A stretch of DNA of 64,000 nt from NCBI GenBank assembly GCA_910584635.1, contig CAJUBA010000001.1:13224-77223 (forward strand), given 5' to 3'. The translations under genes were made by a program, and so were the position numbers. Within the stretch, counting starts at the first letter, position 1; the number at the start of each line of letters is the position of its first letter. The notes below the pieces were generated by a model. The model searched no databases, was not told the DNA's origin, and saw nothing but the letters and a program-made list of their open reading frames with translations. This document shows positions 47,142 to 57,959 of this stretch, piece by piece. This DNA comes from an uncultured Christensenella sp. (GTDB taxonomy: Bacteria > Bacillota > Clostridia > Christensenellales > UBA3700).

Positions 47142-48422
47142 ATGAAAAAGAAAATGTTTTTATTTGTCTTTGTTTTGACGTGCGTTTGCTTGCTCTTTGC
47201 GTTTGCTGCGTGTAAAGACGTAGATGACGCTCCAAGCGGAGACATATCGGGCAGCGGAGATACATCCGGCGAATCCGAAGGCGGAGGTATCCATATATAT
47301 CCCACAGGATGGATGAAAGACAGCGAATACCATTGGCGTTTGGAGCAGTATACCGGTATAGAAATCGATAGAGATAAGCACAACTGTGATGACTACGGGG
47401 TGTGCGAAGTTTGCAAATATGACACTTCAAACGGTTTTTCATTTGAAAAATATACTGACGCCGACGGCGAGGCGTATAGCGTAGTAGGAGTTAGAGTACT
47501 TTCGAAAAAAATGGTAATTCCGTCTACTTTCAAAGGCATACCCGTAAAGACAATTACCGGTGGACCCAACACCTTTATAGTCGGTCGAAATTATATTAAA
47601 AGTATAGTAATTCCGAATAGCATAACTGATATAAGACACTATGCTTTTGAAGACTGTATAGTTTTGAAAAACGTAACTTTTGAAGAGGGAAGTCAATTAA
47701 AGGCTATAGAAGAAGGCGCATTTATGCATTGTTCAAGTTTGGAAAGTATAAATATTCCCAAATCGGTTACAAGAGTTGGCAGTTTTGCGTTTGAATCTTG
47801 TTCCAGTTTGTCAAGAGTAGTTTTCGAAGAAGACAGCAATCTTAATACTGTAGGATTTAACACTTTTAGTAATTGCAGTAATTTATTAAGCGTAGAATTC
47901 GGTAAAAATTCTAAGTTGGAAACTCTAGGACAAGACGCTTTTAAAGATGCTGTCAAATTGAAATATATAGAAATGCCCGATTCGATAATAAAAGTTGATA
48001 AAAGGGCTTTTTCAGGATGCGACAGTTTGGAGTACAATGAGTATAATAACGGTTTGTACTTAGGAAATGAAGAAAATCCTTACGCGCTTTTTGTTAAGGC
48101 AAAAAACAAAGAAATAACGTCGTGTAGCGTCAATGAAAACACCAAGGCTATTAGCGCTCTCGCGTTTATGTTTTGCGAAAATTTGAGTTCCGTAAATTTG
48201 CCGACAGGGCTGAAAGGAATAGGAGAGCAAGCCTTCTCGTATTGCGAAAATTTAGATATATTGGAAATACCTAGCAGCGTGGCGTTTGTCGGAGATTACG
48301 CGTTTTCAGATATGAGCGCCGTTCTGCTCTGCGGCGCGGAAAGTCAGCCTGAAGGATGGTCTGCTAAGTGGAACAAGTCGTCTGACGTATTGGTTCGTTG
48401 GGGCGTAAGCAACGTAGGTTAA
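47142..48422 (+). CDS. BspA-type LRR surface lipoprotein, paralog 3
   Basis: Signal plus Cys (LFAFAAC/KDV), His/Cys module (IHIYPTGWMKDSEYHW...HNCDDYGVCEVCKY), LRR units, single terminal cap (CGAESQPEGWSAKWNKSSDVLVRWGV). Confidence 0.8.
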   Translation: MKKKMFLFVFVLTCVCLLFAFAACKDVDDAPSGDISGSGDTSGESEGGGIHIYPTGWMKDSEYHWRLEQYTGIEIDRDKHNCDDYGVCEVCKYDTSNGFSFEKYTDADGEAYSVVGVRVLSKKMVIPSTFKGIPVKTITGGPNTFIVGRNYIKSIVIPNSITDIRHYAFEDCIVLKNVTFEEGSQLKAIEEGAFMHCSSLESINIPKSVTRVGSFAFESCSSLSRVVFEEDSNLNTVGFNTFSNCSNLLSVEFGKNSKLETLGQDAFKDAVKLKYIEMPDSIIKVDKRAFSGCDSLEYNEYNNGLYLGNEENPYALFVKAKNKEITSCSVNENTKAISALAFMFCENLSSVNLPTGLKGIGEQAFSYCENLDILEIPSSVAFVGDYAFSDMSAVLLCGAESQPEGWSAKWNKSSDVLVRWGVSNVG

Positions 48423-48510
48423 AAATAACTCGAGATGACACTAAGTACGCTTAAGCGGAATATATAAAAAAATTTATTGTCGGCATCAGTAGAATAACAG
48501 ACTAAAACCC

Positions 48511-48658
48511 GTTCGAAAAGAGTGAGATAGATAAAAAAGGAAGCGATAGATCTTGTGTCAAGTGAATGTTTTTCGAACCACGGCGTACTTTATGTACGTT
48601 ACTTAATTGGCGCAAAAGATACCGCTTTACTTTTATCTAGCCTCGCTCTTCTTCGAAC
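48511..48658 (+). other. 148-nt imperfect long inverted repeat / candidate rod-like structured RNA with an alternative 9-bp pairing
   Basis: Helices traced by hand: 48511-48536 with 48631-48658 (25 bp in 4 blocks), 48541-48545/48623-48627, 48550-48554/48616-48620, 48555-48559/48609-48613, 48560-48566/48599-48604, and an apical CGTAC/GTACG hairpin at 48584-48598. Three G-T pairs are valid only as plus-strand RNA. Confidence 0.45.
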
Positions 48659-48673
48659 ATAAAGAAAAAACAC

Positions 48674-48702
48674 TTGACAATTTGTAATAAATATTTTAAT
48701 AT
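48674..48702 (+). promoter_or_regulatory. Sigma-A-like promoter for ilvB
   Basis: TTGACA, 17 nt, TAATAT. Leaves only a ~15-nt leader, containing GGAG, before the ATG at 48726. Confidence 0.5.
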
Positions 48703-48725
48703 ATATAAAAGTATATGGAGTTGTT

Positions 48726-50384
48726 ATGAAGTTAAACGGTTCACAAATTTTAATTGAGTCTTTACTCGAACAGGGAGTAGATACGATTTTCGGTTACCCG
48801 GGCGGAGCGGTTTTGAATATCTACGACGCTATTTACGCTTATCAGGACAGGCTTACTCACGTTCTTACGGCGCATGAACAGGGGGCGGCTCATGCCGCGG
48901 ACGGTTACGCTAGGGCGACGGGAAAAGTCGGAGTCGTTTTGGCTACGTCGGGACCGGGAGCGACAAATCTTATTACAGGTATCGCTACCGCGTTTATGGA
49001 CAGCGTGCCTATGGTCGCTATTACAGGAAACGTAGGAACGGATCTTATAGGTTTGGACTCTTTCCAAGAAGTATATATCGCAGGCATTACAATGCCTATT
49101 ACTAAACATAATTTTGTGGTACGCAAAGTAGAGGAGTTGCACGACGTTATTCGCGAAGCGTTCAGAATAGCGAAGAGCGGAAGACCGGGACCGGTACTTG
49201 TAGACATACCCAAGGACGTTACGTCTTCTATTTGCGAATTCCAATTAAAAGGCGCGTCGGTTGCGGATAAATACGTCCAACCCGATATAGACGCCGTAAA
49301 GAAAACAGCGGAACTCATCAACGCGTCGAAAAAACCTTGTATTTTGTTCGGCGGCGGAGTTTTGATTTCTCAGGGAGAGAAGGAACTTCTCGAACTTATG
49401 AATACCGCTCAAATACCGGCGACTCACACGCTTATGGGAGCGGGAGTTTTGGGTTGGGGCGAAAAACTCAATCTCGGACTCGTAGGTATGCACGGAAGTA
49501 TGTCTGCCGGCAGAAGCATTGCGGGCAGCGATTTGCTTATCGCTATCGGCACGAGATTTTCCGACAGAGTCGCTACGGACAAGCATAAATTTATAAGAGA
49601 AGCAAAAGTCGTTCATATTGACGTCGACGCCGCTGAAATAAATAAAAACATCGCTTGCGATTTAAGCGTTGTCGGCGACGTTAAAGAAGTTTTGACTTTG
49701 CTGTTGCCGATGGTCAAGAAAGCAAATCACGATCAGTGGCTTGCTCAAATAGACGAGTGGAAGAAATTCGATTACAAGCCTGTCGATAAAGAAGGCGTGT
49801 TAAGACCGCATCAAATTATTCAAGCGGTATCCGACGAGATAGGCGAGGACGGCATAATAGTTACCGACGTAGGTCAGCACCAAATGTGGGCGGCTCAATA
49901 CAGTAAAAGAACAAAGAGCAGAAGTTTCCTTACATCCGGCGGATTGGGTACCATGGGTTACGGTTACGGAGCGTCCATAGGCGCGCAAAAAGCGTATCCC
50001 GATCGCAGAGTTGCGCATATTACGGGCGACGGTTCTTTCCACATGAATCTCAACGAACTTTGTACGAGCGTAAGTTTCGGACTTCCGATAGTCAGCGTAG
50101 TAATCAACAACAACGTTTTGGGTATGGTAAGACAGTGGCAGACGCAATTTTACGGAAAGAGATATTCGCAGACCACTCTCGAAAGGGCGACGGATTACGT
50201 TAAACTTGCCGAGGCGTTTGGCGGAGTAGGTTTTAGAGCGACGACGCTTGACGAGTTGAAAAAAGCGCTCAAAGACGCTTATGCGACAGGTAAGCCTTGC
50301 ATAATCGAAGCCGTTATCGACAGAGACGAAAAAGTTTTGCCGATGATACCGGCGGGACACAGCATAGACGAAATAATAATGTAA
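48726..50384 (+). CDS. ilvB: Acetolactate synthase (AHAS) large subunit, biosynthetic type
   Basis: ThDP-enzyme layout. GYPGGA..NIYDA N-terminus, GPGATN, and the ThDP motif GDGSF.MN...L. Confidence 0.9.
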   Translation: MKLNGSQILIESLLEQGVDTIFGYPGGAVLNIYDAIYAYQDRLTHVLTAHEQGAAHAADGYARATGKVGVVLATSGPGATNLITGIATAFMDSVPMVAITGNVGTDLIGLDSFQEVYIAGITMPITKHNFVVRKVEELHDVIREAFRIAKSGRPGPVLVDIPKDVTSSICEFQLKGASVADKYVQPDIDAVKKTAELINASKKPCILFGGGVLISQGEKELLELMNTAQIPATHTLMGAGVLGWGEKLNLGLVGMHGSMSAGRSIAGSDLLIAIGTRFSDRVATDKHKFIREAKVVHIDVDAAEINKNIACDLSVVGDVKEVLTLLLPMVKKANHDQWLAQIDEWKKFDYKPVDKEGVLRPHQIIQAVSDEIGEDGIIVTDVGQHQMWAAQYSKRTKSRSFLTSGGLGTMGYGYGASIGAQKAYPDRRVAHITGDGSFHMNLNELCTSVSFGLPIVSVVINNNVLGMVRQWQTQFYGKRYSQTTLERATDYVKLAEAFGGVGFRATTLDELKKALKDAYATGKPCIIEAVIDRDEKVLPMIPAGHSIDEIIM

Positions 50385-50422
50385 ATCGATGTTTAGCGCT
50401 ATACTAAGCACTGGAAATATAA

Positions 50423-51445
<1,023 letters not shown>

Positions 51446-51456
51446 CAATACTATCT

Positions 51457-51485
51457 AAGTCGTCTTGCAAAATGCAAGACGACTT
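51457..51485 (+). terminator. Perfect 13-bp hairpin after ilvC with no U-tract
   Basis: AAGTCGTCTTGCA aaa TGCAAGACGACTT. Followed by AATATCAAT, so either a non-canonical terminator or an RNA-stability element. Confidence 0.5.
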
Positions 51486-51551
51486 AATATCAATATGCGA
51501 ATTGCGGATTTATATTTAATTTAGATATTTCGACTTCGCTGCGCTTCGCTC

Positions 51552-51705
51552 AATATGACGGGAGATAAAGTATTATTTGGTAATTCTATCGTTATATATA
51601 GAGAAGGTATCGTAGCATTTTTACTTGTTATATTCATAATTGCGGAGAAACGCTTATTCGTCCGTCATTATGAGCAACGTCGAAGAATCTGGTTTAATAT
51701 AAGAA
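51552..51705 (+). repeat. Intergenic hairpin repeat, long copy (A)
   Basis: Shares ordered blocks with 61521-61600: AATATGACGGGA, ATAGAG..TATCG, CGCTTATT, CCGTCAT, TCGAAGAATCT, GTT(T)AA(T)ATAA. ATGACGG(G) pairs with (T)CCGTCAT. Confidence 0.6.
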
Positions 51706-51798
51706 TCTATATATACAGTATTTCGCATAACTCGGCCGTTTATAATTATAAATGGCTTATTTAATAAATAATAATATCCGTTCACAGGAGATATAAAA

Positions 51799-53463
51799 AT
51801 GGCTTTGAGAAGTGAATATTTGACAAAAGGAATAGAAACCGCTCCGCAGAGATCTTTGCTTTACGCGTGCGGTTATACCAAAGAAGAACTTGAAAGACCG
51901 CTTATCGGAGTGGTATCCGCGCACAGCGAAATCGTGCCGGGTCATTTGCATTTGGATAAGATTGCAGAAGCGGTAAAAGCAGGTATAAGACTTGCCGGCG
52001 GTACGCCGATAATGGTTCCGTCTATCGGTGTTTGCGACGGTATAGCAATGGGACACATCGGAATGAAGTATTCGTTGGCGTCCAGAGAACTTATTGCGGA
52101 CAGCGTGGAAACAATGGCTATGGCGCATTGTTTTGACGGTTTGGTATTGGTTCCTAACTGCGATAAAATAGTTCCGGGAATGGTTATGTCGGCTGTTAGA
52201 ATGGATATTCCCGCCGTTGTAGTAAGCGGCGGACCTATGATGGCAGGTATGGTAGCGGGTTGCGAAACTTCTTTGTCGAAAATGTTCGAAGCCGTAGGCG
52301 CGAGAAAAGCCGATATGATTGACGATAAGCAGTTGCTTGAATACGAAGAAAATTGCTGTCCGACGTGCGGTTCTTGCTCGGGTATGTATACTGCGAATTC
52401 TATGAACTGTCTTTGCGAAGCGATAGGAATAGCGTTGCCGGGCAACGGTACTATTCCCGCCGTTATGAGCGGTAGAATAGCGCTTGCAAAACACGCGGGC
52501 ATGGCTATTATGGATCTTGTAAAAAGAGGCGTAAAGGCAAGGGATATTATAAACGAAAAATCTATCCGCAACGCTTTGGCTTGCGATATGGCGCTCGGCT
52601 GTTCAAGCAACAGCGTCCTTCATTTGCTTGCAATTGCAAACGAAGCGGGATTCCCTCTCGACTTGAATATCATCAACCAAGTAAGCGCTAAAACTCCTAA
52701 TCTCTGTCATCTTGCTCCGGCGGGACCTACTCACATGCAGGACCTTGACGCGGCGGGCGGCGTTCAGGCAGTTTTGAGCGAACTTGCAAAGAAGGGGTTG
52801 ATTGACACTACGGCAATTACCGCGACGGGTAAAACGGTAGGAGAAAATATCAAAACGGCGTTTGTCAAAGATTACGAAACTATTCGTCCTATCGAAAAGC
52901 CTTACAGCGAAACGGGCGGTATCGCAATACTTTGGGGCAATATTGCAAAGAACGGCTGCGTTGTAAAGAGAAGCGCGGTCGCTCCCGAAATGCTCAAACA
53001 TTCCGGACCTGCGAGAGTATTCGATTGCGAAGACGACGCGATAAAGGCTATTTACAACGGCGATATCCATGCAGGCGACGTCGTAGTAATAAGATACGAA
53101 GGACCTAAGGGCGGTCCGGGAATGAGAGAAATGCTCAATCCTACTTCCGCTTTGGCGGGTATGAAACTAGATAAGAGCGTAGCGCTTATTACCGACGGAA
53201 GATTTTCCGGCGCGTCAAGAGGCGCTTCTATCGGACACGTCGCTCCCGAAGCGGCGGACGGCGGTGAAATCGCGCTTATCAAAGAAGGCGATATAATCGA
53301 TATCGACATTCCCGCAAACAGCGTAAACGTCAGAGTAGACGAAGTAAAACTTCAAGCGAGAAGAGTTGACCTAAAAGAAAAAGAACCGAATATCAAGACG
53401 GGTTGGCTGTCTAGATATTCAAGACTTGTTACGGGCGCGGACAAAGGCGCGGTACTTAAATAA
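51799..53463 (+). CDS. ilvD: Dihydroxy-acid dehydratase
   Basis: [27 protein letters not shown] and TDGRFSG motifs. Confidence 0.93.
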   Translation: MALRSEYLTKGIETAPQRSLLYACGYTKEELERPLIGVVSAHSEIVPGHLHLDKIAEAVKAGIRLAGGTPIMVPSIGVCDGIAMGHIGMKYSLASRELIADSVETMAMAHCFDGLVLVPNCDKIVPGMVMSAVRMDIPAVVVSGGPMMAGMVAGCETSLSKMFEAVGARKADMIDDKQLLEYEENCCPTCGSCSGMYTANSMNCLCEAIGIALPGNGTIPAVMSGRIALAKHAGMAIMDLVKRGVKARDIINEKSIRNALACDMALGCSSNSVLHLLAIANEAGFPLDLNIINQVSAKTPNLCHLAPAGPTHMQDLDAAGGVQAVLSELAKKGLIDTTAITATGKTVGENIKTAFVKDYETIRPIEKPYSETGGIAILWGNIAKNGCVVKRSAVAPEMLKHSGPARVFDCEDDAIKAIYNGDIHAGDVVVIRYEGPKGGPGMREMLNPTSALAGMKLDKSVALITDGRFSGASRGASIGHVAPEAADGGEIALIKEGDIIDIDIPANSVNVRVDEVKLQARRVDLKEKEPNIKTGWLSRYSRLVTGADKGAVLK

Positions 53464-53482
53464 ACAGGAAGAAGGAAAAAAT

Positions 53483-54676
53483 ATGTTGACGTTAGACAAA
53501 GTATATCACGCCTCTTACGTTCTCAAAGAGGCGATAAGAGAAACCGATATAATTTACGCGCCGAAAATCAAACCGGGCGCGGAGGTGTATCTGAAAACAG
53601 AGAATTTGCAAGTAACGGGTTCGTTCAAAGTCAGAGGCGCGTATTATAAAATTTCCCAACTTTCGGAGGAAGAGAAGAAAAAAGGCGTAATCGCTTGTTC
53701 TGCGGGCAATCACGCTCAAGGCGTAGCGCTTGCGGCAAGAAAGAACGGGATTAAGTCGCTTATATGTCTTCCGGACGGAGCGCCTATTTCCAAAGTCGAG
53801 GCGACCAGAGGTTACGGCGCGGATATTTGTTTGGTTCAGGGCGTATACGACGACGCTTACAACAAGGCAATTCAACTCAAAGACGAAAAGGGATATACGT
53901 TTATCCATCCGTTCAACGATCCGGACGTCATTGCCGGACAAGGCACAATCGGTTTGGAAATTATCAACCAGTTGGACGATATCGACGCTGTTGTCGTACC
54001 TATAGGCGGCGGCGGACTTATTGCGGGCGTGGCTTTTGCTATTAAGTCGCTTAAACCGTCGGTAAAAGTGTACGGAGTACAGGCAAGCGGCGCGCCGAGT
54101 ATGCAAAAGTCTTTCAAAGAGCATAAGATAATAAAACTCGACAGCGTACATACCATCGCGGACGGTATTGCCGTAAAAGAGCCGGGCGACCTTACTTTTG
54201 ACCTTATATCTAAATACGTAGACGATATCGTAACGGTTACCGACGACGAAATTTCGGCGGCTATTTTAGCGCTTATCGAACAGCATAAAATGGTAGCGGA
54301 AGGCGCGGGCGCAGTGTCCGTAGCGGCTACGATGTTCGGCAAGATTCCTACGGACGGCAAGAAAGTGTGCTGTCTTGTATCGGGCGGAAATATCGACGTT
54401 ACAATTCTTTCGAGAGTAATCAAAAGAGGATTGCAAATGAGCGGTAGAAATTATCTTGTAACGCTCGAACTCGTCGATAAACCCGGTCAACTTACGCAAG
54501 TGTCGAATATAATATCCAATCTCGGCGGAAACGTTATATCTATACATCACGAACGTTCCAACGAAGGAAGCGACGTCAACGGATGCTTTTTGAGAATACA
54601 GATAGAAACGAGAAACTTCGAACATATTCATCAAATCGAAGCGGAACTCACAAAAGCGGGATTCAAAATAATTTAA
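53483..54676 (+). CDS. ilvA: Threonine ammonia-lyase (biosynthetic-type threonine dehydratase with a single ACT-like C-domain)
   Basis: PLP lysine motif TGSFKVRGA, SAGNHAQG, GGGGL. Start moved to the ATG at 53483 after GGAAGAAGGA. Confidence 0.88.
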   Translation: MLTLDKVYHASYVLKEAIRETDIIYAPKIKPGAEVYLKTENLQVTGSFKVRGAYYKISQLSEEEKKKGVIACSAGNHAQGVALAARKNGIKSLICLPDGAPISKVEATRGYGADICLVQGVYDDAYNKAIQLKDEKGYTFIHPFNDPDVIAGQGTIGLEIINQLDDIDAVVVPIGGGGLIAGVAFAIKSLKPSVKVYGVQASGAPSMQKSFKEHKIIKLDSVHTIADGIAVKEPGDLTFDLISKYVDDIVTVTDDEISAAILALIEQHKMVAEGAGAVSVAATMFGKIPTDGKKVCCLVSGGNIDVTILSRVIKRGLQMSGRNYLVTLELVDKPGQLTQVSNIISNLGGNVISIHHERSNEGSDVNGCFLRIQIETRNFEHIHQIEAELTKAGFKII

Positions 54677-54691
54677 TCGGAGGAGATATAA

Positions 54692-55075
54692 ATGAAAGCA
54701 ATCAGCACATCAAACGCGCCGTCGGCGATAGGACCTTATTCTCAAGCGATAGTTCACGCAGGTATGGTTTATACTTCCGGACAGATAGCGATAAATCCGT
54801 CAACAGGCAATATAGACGCGGTTACGATAGAAGAGCAGACTCATCAGGTATGTAAGAATCTTAAAGCGGTTTTGGAAGCGAGCGGTTCTTCTTTGGAACA
54901 GGTAGTAAAAACAGTTTGCTTTCTTGCGGACATGAACGATTTTGCTACGTTCAATTCCATATATGCGGAATACTTTACGTCAAAGCCTGCGCGTTCTTGC
55001 GTAGCGGTGAAGACGTTGCCTAAAAACGTTTTGGTAGAAGTCGAAGCGATTGCCGAGGCTACGAAAAGAGTATAG
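54692..55075 (+). CDS. ridA: RidA/YjgF-family reactive enamine/imine deaminase
   Basis: APSAIGPYSQA..., PARS.V.V..LP....VE. Immediately downstream of ilvA. Confidence 0.9.
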   Translation: MKAISTSNAPSAIGPYSQAIVHAGMVYTSGQIAINPSTGNIDAVTIEEQTHQVCKNLKAVLEASGSSLEQVVKTVCFLADMNDFATFNSIYAEYFTSKPARSCVAVKTLPKNVLVEVEAIAEATKRV

Positions 55076-55096
55076 TAAATAAATTATCGGCATAGT

Positions 55097-55130
55097 AAAA
55101 CGGCGGACAGTTAGTTCGCCGTTTTAGTTT
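55097..55130 (+). terminator. Rho-independent terminator of the ilv-ridA operon
   Basis: AAAACGGCG / CGCCGTTTT stem followed by TTTTAGTTT. Confidence 0.75.
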
Positions 55131-55160
55131 ATAAAAATAACGGAGCAGTCGCTCCGTTAT
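55131..55160 (-). terminator. Rho-independent terminator of the MMPL exporter gene
   Basis: ATAACGGAGC / GCTCCGTTAT stem with a 4-nt loop, then TTTTTAT on the minus strand. Confidence 0.75.
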
Positions 55161-55169
55161 TTTCTTATA

Positions 55170-57959
55170 TTATTTGTTGTCGTTGTCGACGTCTGCGACG
55201 GTTTCGTCGGCTGTAACCGATTCGATTTCGCTTATGTCGGCAACTGCGTCTTCGCTTATTGCTTGCAATTCGTCGCATTTAATCGCGTCTGCAGGCTCAG
55301 CGACTGCGACGGTTTCGGTAATAGGCGAGCCGTCTTCGTTGTAATAGTTGGGATTGAGGTCGAATCTTCCAATATCGGGATCGCCTTTGCCTTTCTTTAT
55401 GCTAAGTTTGCGTTGCAGTCTTGCGTCGAAAGAGAGTATTGCGGGCAGTAGAGTGAATACGAATACGTAACTCATAGACGTGCCTATTGCAAGCAATCTC
55501 GTAATCTGCGCGACTATCATATTTGTAGTAATCAAATGCACGCAAGCGCATACGCTTATCAGTATTAACGCCGAAGTGGTTACGCCCGGCGCGGCGCGGT
55601 TGATAGCGTTTTTGATTGCCGCAATGGATTTTACGCCGTCCTTTTTCTCTTCGAGATACTTTGTCGTAAGCATTATCGCGTAGTCTACCGTAGCGCCCAA
55701 TTCTATTGCCGTAACTATCAGGTACGCGACAAAATTGATTTTGTTTGCAGGGTTTACCAACGAAGCGAAGTATACAATCGAGAGATTTATCCAAATACCC
55801 GATTCTATTACAAGCATCAGTATGATAGAGAGTTTGACGTTCTTAAACGTGAAGAGCAGTATTATCAATACTATCGCCGCTGAAAGCAAGGATACGAGCA
55901 AGAAGTCGTTTGGCGTAACTCTATCCAGTTCGTACGCGCCTTGCGCAAGTCCCGTCATGTATACGTCGTACGCTTTTGAATTATTCATTACATTCTCTTT
56001 GAAATCAAGAAGAGCGACTTTGTATTGGTCGGATTCTGCGCCGTATTCATTTTTGATATTCGTCAGGTTTAAGTACGCGTTTTGTGTCTCTTCGTTCTTT
56101 TCGTAAAGACCGAAAGTTTCTACCGCCAAATACTTTATTTCTTTAAGAGCGGAGTAGGTATACGGCGTTTCTATCACATTCGCGTAGTTTCCGTCTTCGT
56201 CTTGGTTGCTCAAAGTAATAGTATAGAGTATATATCTATCGCCTCTTTCGCTGTTTATATTTGCGATAAAACTGCTGTGAAGTTGGGCATAAACTCCTTG
56301 TTTTCCTATGCCCAAAGTACCTTGTATGGTTTCAATATTGTCAAAGTCTTCTTGCGTAATTATAGTTGCCAGAGAGAAAACTTCGGTAACGTAATTGACT
56401 GTAGATTCTCCGTCTTTATTTTTTGCGATAACGGCGTTTCCGTTTTCGTCGTATTTAATATTTCCGTCGTCGTCCAATTCATAACCTACTTTCTTGACTT
56501 TTTCCACAAACTCGTAATGCTTAGGCATAGAATCCGGTCCGTCGTAAGGAAGTATCAGTATAGCCTGGTTGTTGACAAGCATAGCCGTTTCTTCGGGGAG
56601 AGTAGGATTGGGATTGTCTTTTGTCGTAGAGATATAGTTGAGCGGTACTTTAAGTTGGAAGTATGAGCAGGGTATCGCCAGTCCCAAAACGACAAGTATA
56701 ACGATTGCGGCAACCGCGGGTTTTGTGATTGTTTTGGATACCGCTTTGAGTTTTGGAGCGACAATCCATTTGTGTTTTGTCTTCGCAATGCCTTTGCTTA
56801 ATATCATAATAAGGATAGGCTGCAAGAATACGGTTGCAAGCAAAGACAGTATAACGCCTTTCGCCAACACGAAACCGAGGTCGTATCCTATTCCGTAGTC
56901 CATAAAGAACAGCGCGATAAAGCCGCCTACCGTCGTAAGCATACTCGACGATATCGCCGATATGGTTTTCGGAAGCGCCGCGATAAGCGCGTCTTTCGGT
57001 TGAGGATGCAATTTGAGTTCCTCATAATAAGTGTGCATTAAGAAAATGGAGTAGTCCATCGCAATTGCAAGTTGCAGTATTGTCGCGCACGACGAAGTAA
57101 TCGACGAGATTGTACCCATTGGTCTTCCCGCTATTATATTAGTACCCATATTAAGGAGTATGGATATACCGAGCGTAGCGAGGAATATAAGAGGTTCGAG
57201 GTAACTTTGCGTGGTAAGTAAGAGGATAACCAAGCATACCAAAACCGCAACGATAAAGAACTTTGGCATATCTCCGAGCGAAGATTGGAGAAGCGTACGC
57301 GCGTTTTGAGCGTTGCCTCCTATGTAATACCATTCGTTAACGGTGTCGGGACCTAGCGTAGGATTTTCTTTTTGTACTTTTTCAAGAATTTCGGGAATTA
57401 TTTCATCCATTCTGTTAAGACAACTTATTGTTTCGTCCGAACCGCCTGCGGTCTTGAAATACAGCGAGATAATGTAAGTGTCTACGCTTCGTTTTTGTTC
57501 CTGAACGACGCCGTCTATTGTAGTATTGTATATTACGTCTTTTGTCTTAATAAATTTTTCCGCGGCTTTTTCCTGAGCCAGTTCGACGTCGACTCTATCC
57601 CACGGAGTACCGAGATCGGGATTGGTGTTGATTTCCGTAAGTTTATCAAACGTGCCTATCCAAGCGACTTTGGTAAGATATTTCTTTATCAATTTATCGC
57701 TGCTTATCGCATCGACTATTTGTTGAGCGACGTTTTTATCGATATACGATATAGCCAAATTACAGTCGCCTATAATACTGTATTCGTTTTCCAGTATTTT
57801 TTTGGAAACGATGGTGTCGGTGTTTTTATCCAAATAGGATATGACGTCGCTTTCTTTCTGAACGAAGAGCGTTCCGACTATTGAAAGTACGATTGCTACG
57901 ACAAAAATTATTATCAGCGCTTTTCTGTGCGACATGATCCATTGCGATAATTTTTGCAT
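55170..57959 (-). CDS. MMPL/RND-superfamily exporter (COG1033-like), two 6-TM bundles with large extracytoplasmic loops
   Basis: 929 aa. SD GAGGTGAG. Duplicated topology of hydrophobic blocks, with an acidic C-terminal tail. Confidence 0.7.
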   Translation of the reverse strand: MQKLSQWIMSHRKALIIIFVVAIVLSIVGTLFVQKESDVISYLDKNTDTIVSKKILENEYSIIGDCNLAISYIDKNVAQQIVDAISSDKLIKKYLTKVAWIGTFDKLTEINTNPDLGTPWDRVDVELAQEKAAEKFIKTKDVIYNTTIDGVVQEQKRSVDTYIISLYFKTAGGSDETISCLNRMDEIIPEILEKVQKENPTLGPDTVNEWYYIGGNAQNARTLLQSSLGDMPKFFIVAVLVCLVILLLTTQSYLEPLIFLATLGISILLNMGTNIIAGRPMGTISSITSSCATILQLAIAMDYSIFLMHTYYEELKLHPQPKDALIAALPKTISAISSSMLTTVGGFIALFFMDYGIGYDLGFVLAKGVILSLLATVFLQPILIMILSKGIAKTKHKWIVAPKLKAVSKTITKPAVAAIVILVVLGLAIPCSYFQLKVPLNYISTTKDNPNPTLPEETAMLVNNQAILILPYDGPDSMPKHYEFVEKVKKVGYELDDDGNIKYDENGNAVIAKNKDGESTVNYVTEVFSLATIITQEDFDNIETIQGTLGIGKQGVYAQLHSSFIANINSERGDRYILYTITLSNQDEDGNYANVIETPYTYSALKEIKYLAVETFGLYEKNEETQNAYLNLTNIKNEYGAESDQYKVALLDFKENVMNNSKAYDVYMTGLAQGAYELDRVTPNDFLLVSLLSAAIVLIILLFTFKNVKLSIILMLVIESGIWINLSIVYFASLVNPANKINFVAYLIVTAIELGATVDYAIMLTTKYLEEKKDGVKSIAAIKNAINRAAPGVTTSALILISVCACVHLITTNMIVAQITRLLAIGTSMSYVFVFTLLPAILSFDARLQRKLSIKKGKGDPDIGRFDLNPNYYNEDGSPITETVAVAEPADAIKCDELQAISEDAVADISEIESVTADETVADVDNDNK

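Noticed and set aside
48568-48586. tRNA-like T-loop (minus strand GTGGTTCGAAAAAC).
   Set aside because: The flanking sequence cannot form a T-stem (no complement to CCGTG), and no acceptor or anticodon arms are present.
48423-48725. T-box riboswitch or attenuator leader for ilvB.
   Set aside because: No GGGTGGTACCGCG-like T-box sequence is present, only a partial TACCGC. There is no specifier-loop or GA-motif pattern and no U-tract after the long helix. A good TTGACA-17-TAATAT promoter lies downstream of the structure. I could not run Infernal, so this remains a by-eye rejection.
51552-51705. ykkC-subtype (ppGpp/PRPP) or other known riboswitch upstream of ilvD.
   Set aside because: Only a vague ACGGGAGATAAAG resemblance to the ykkC 3' hairpin. 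The conserved GGGTTCCG and GGTCCGAGAG blocks are absent. A second copy sits in front of an unrelated gene that appears to have its own promoter.
51555-51764. 69-aa ORF (MTGDKVLFGN...) between ilvC and ilvD.
   Set aside because: It starts at the ATG inside the conserved AATATGACGGGA block of the repeat element. The second copy of the repeat (61521) has a stop after three codons. There is no SD. Conservation is therefore at the nucleotide level, not the protein level.
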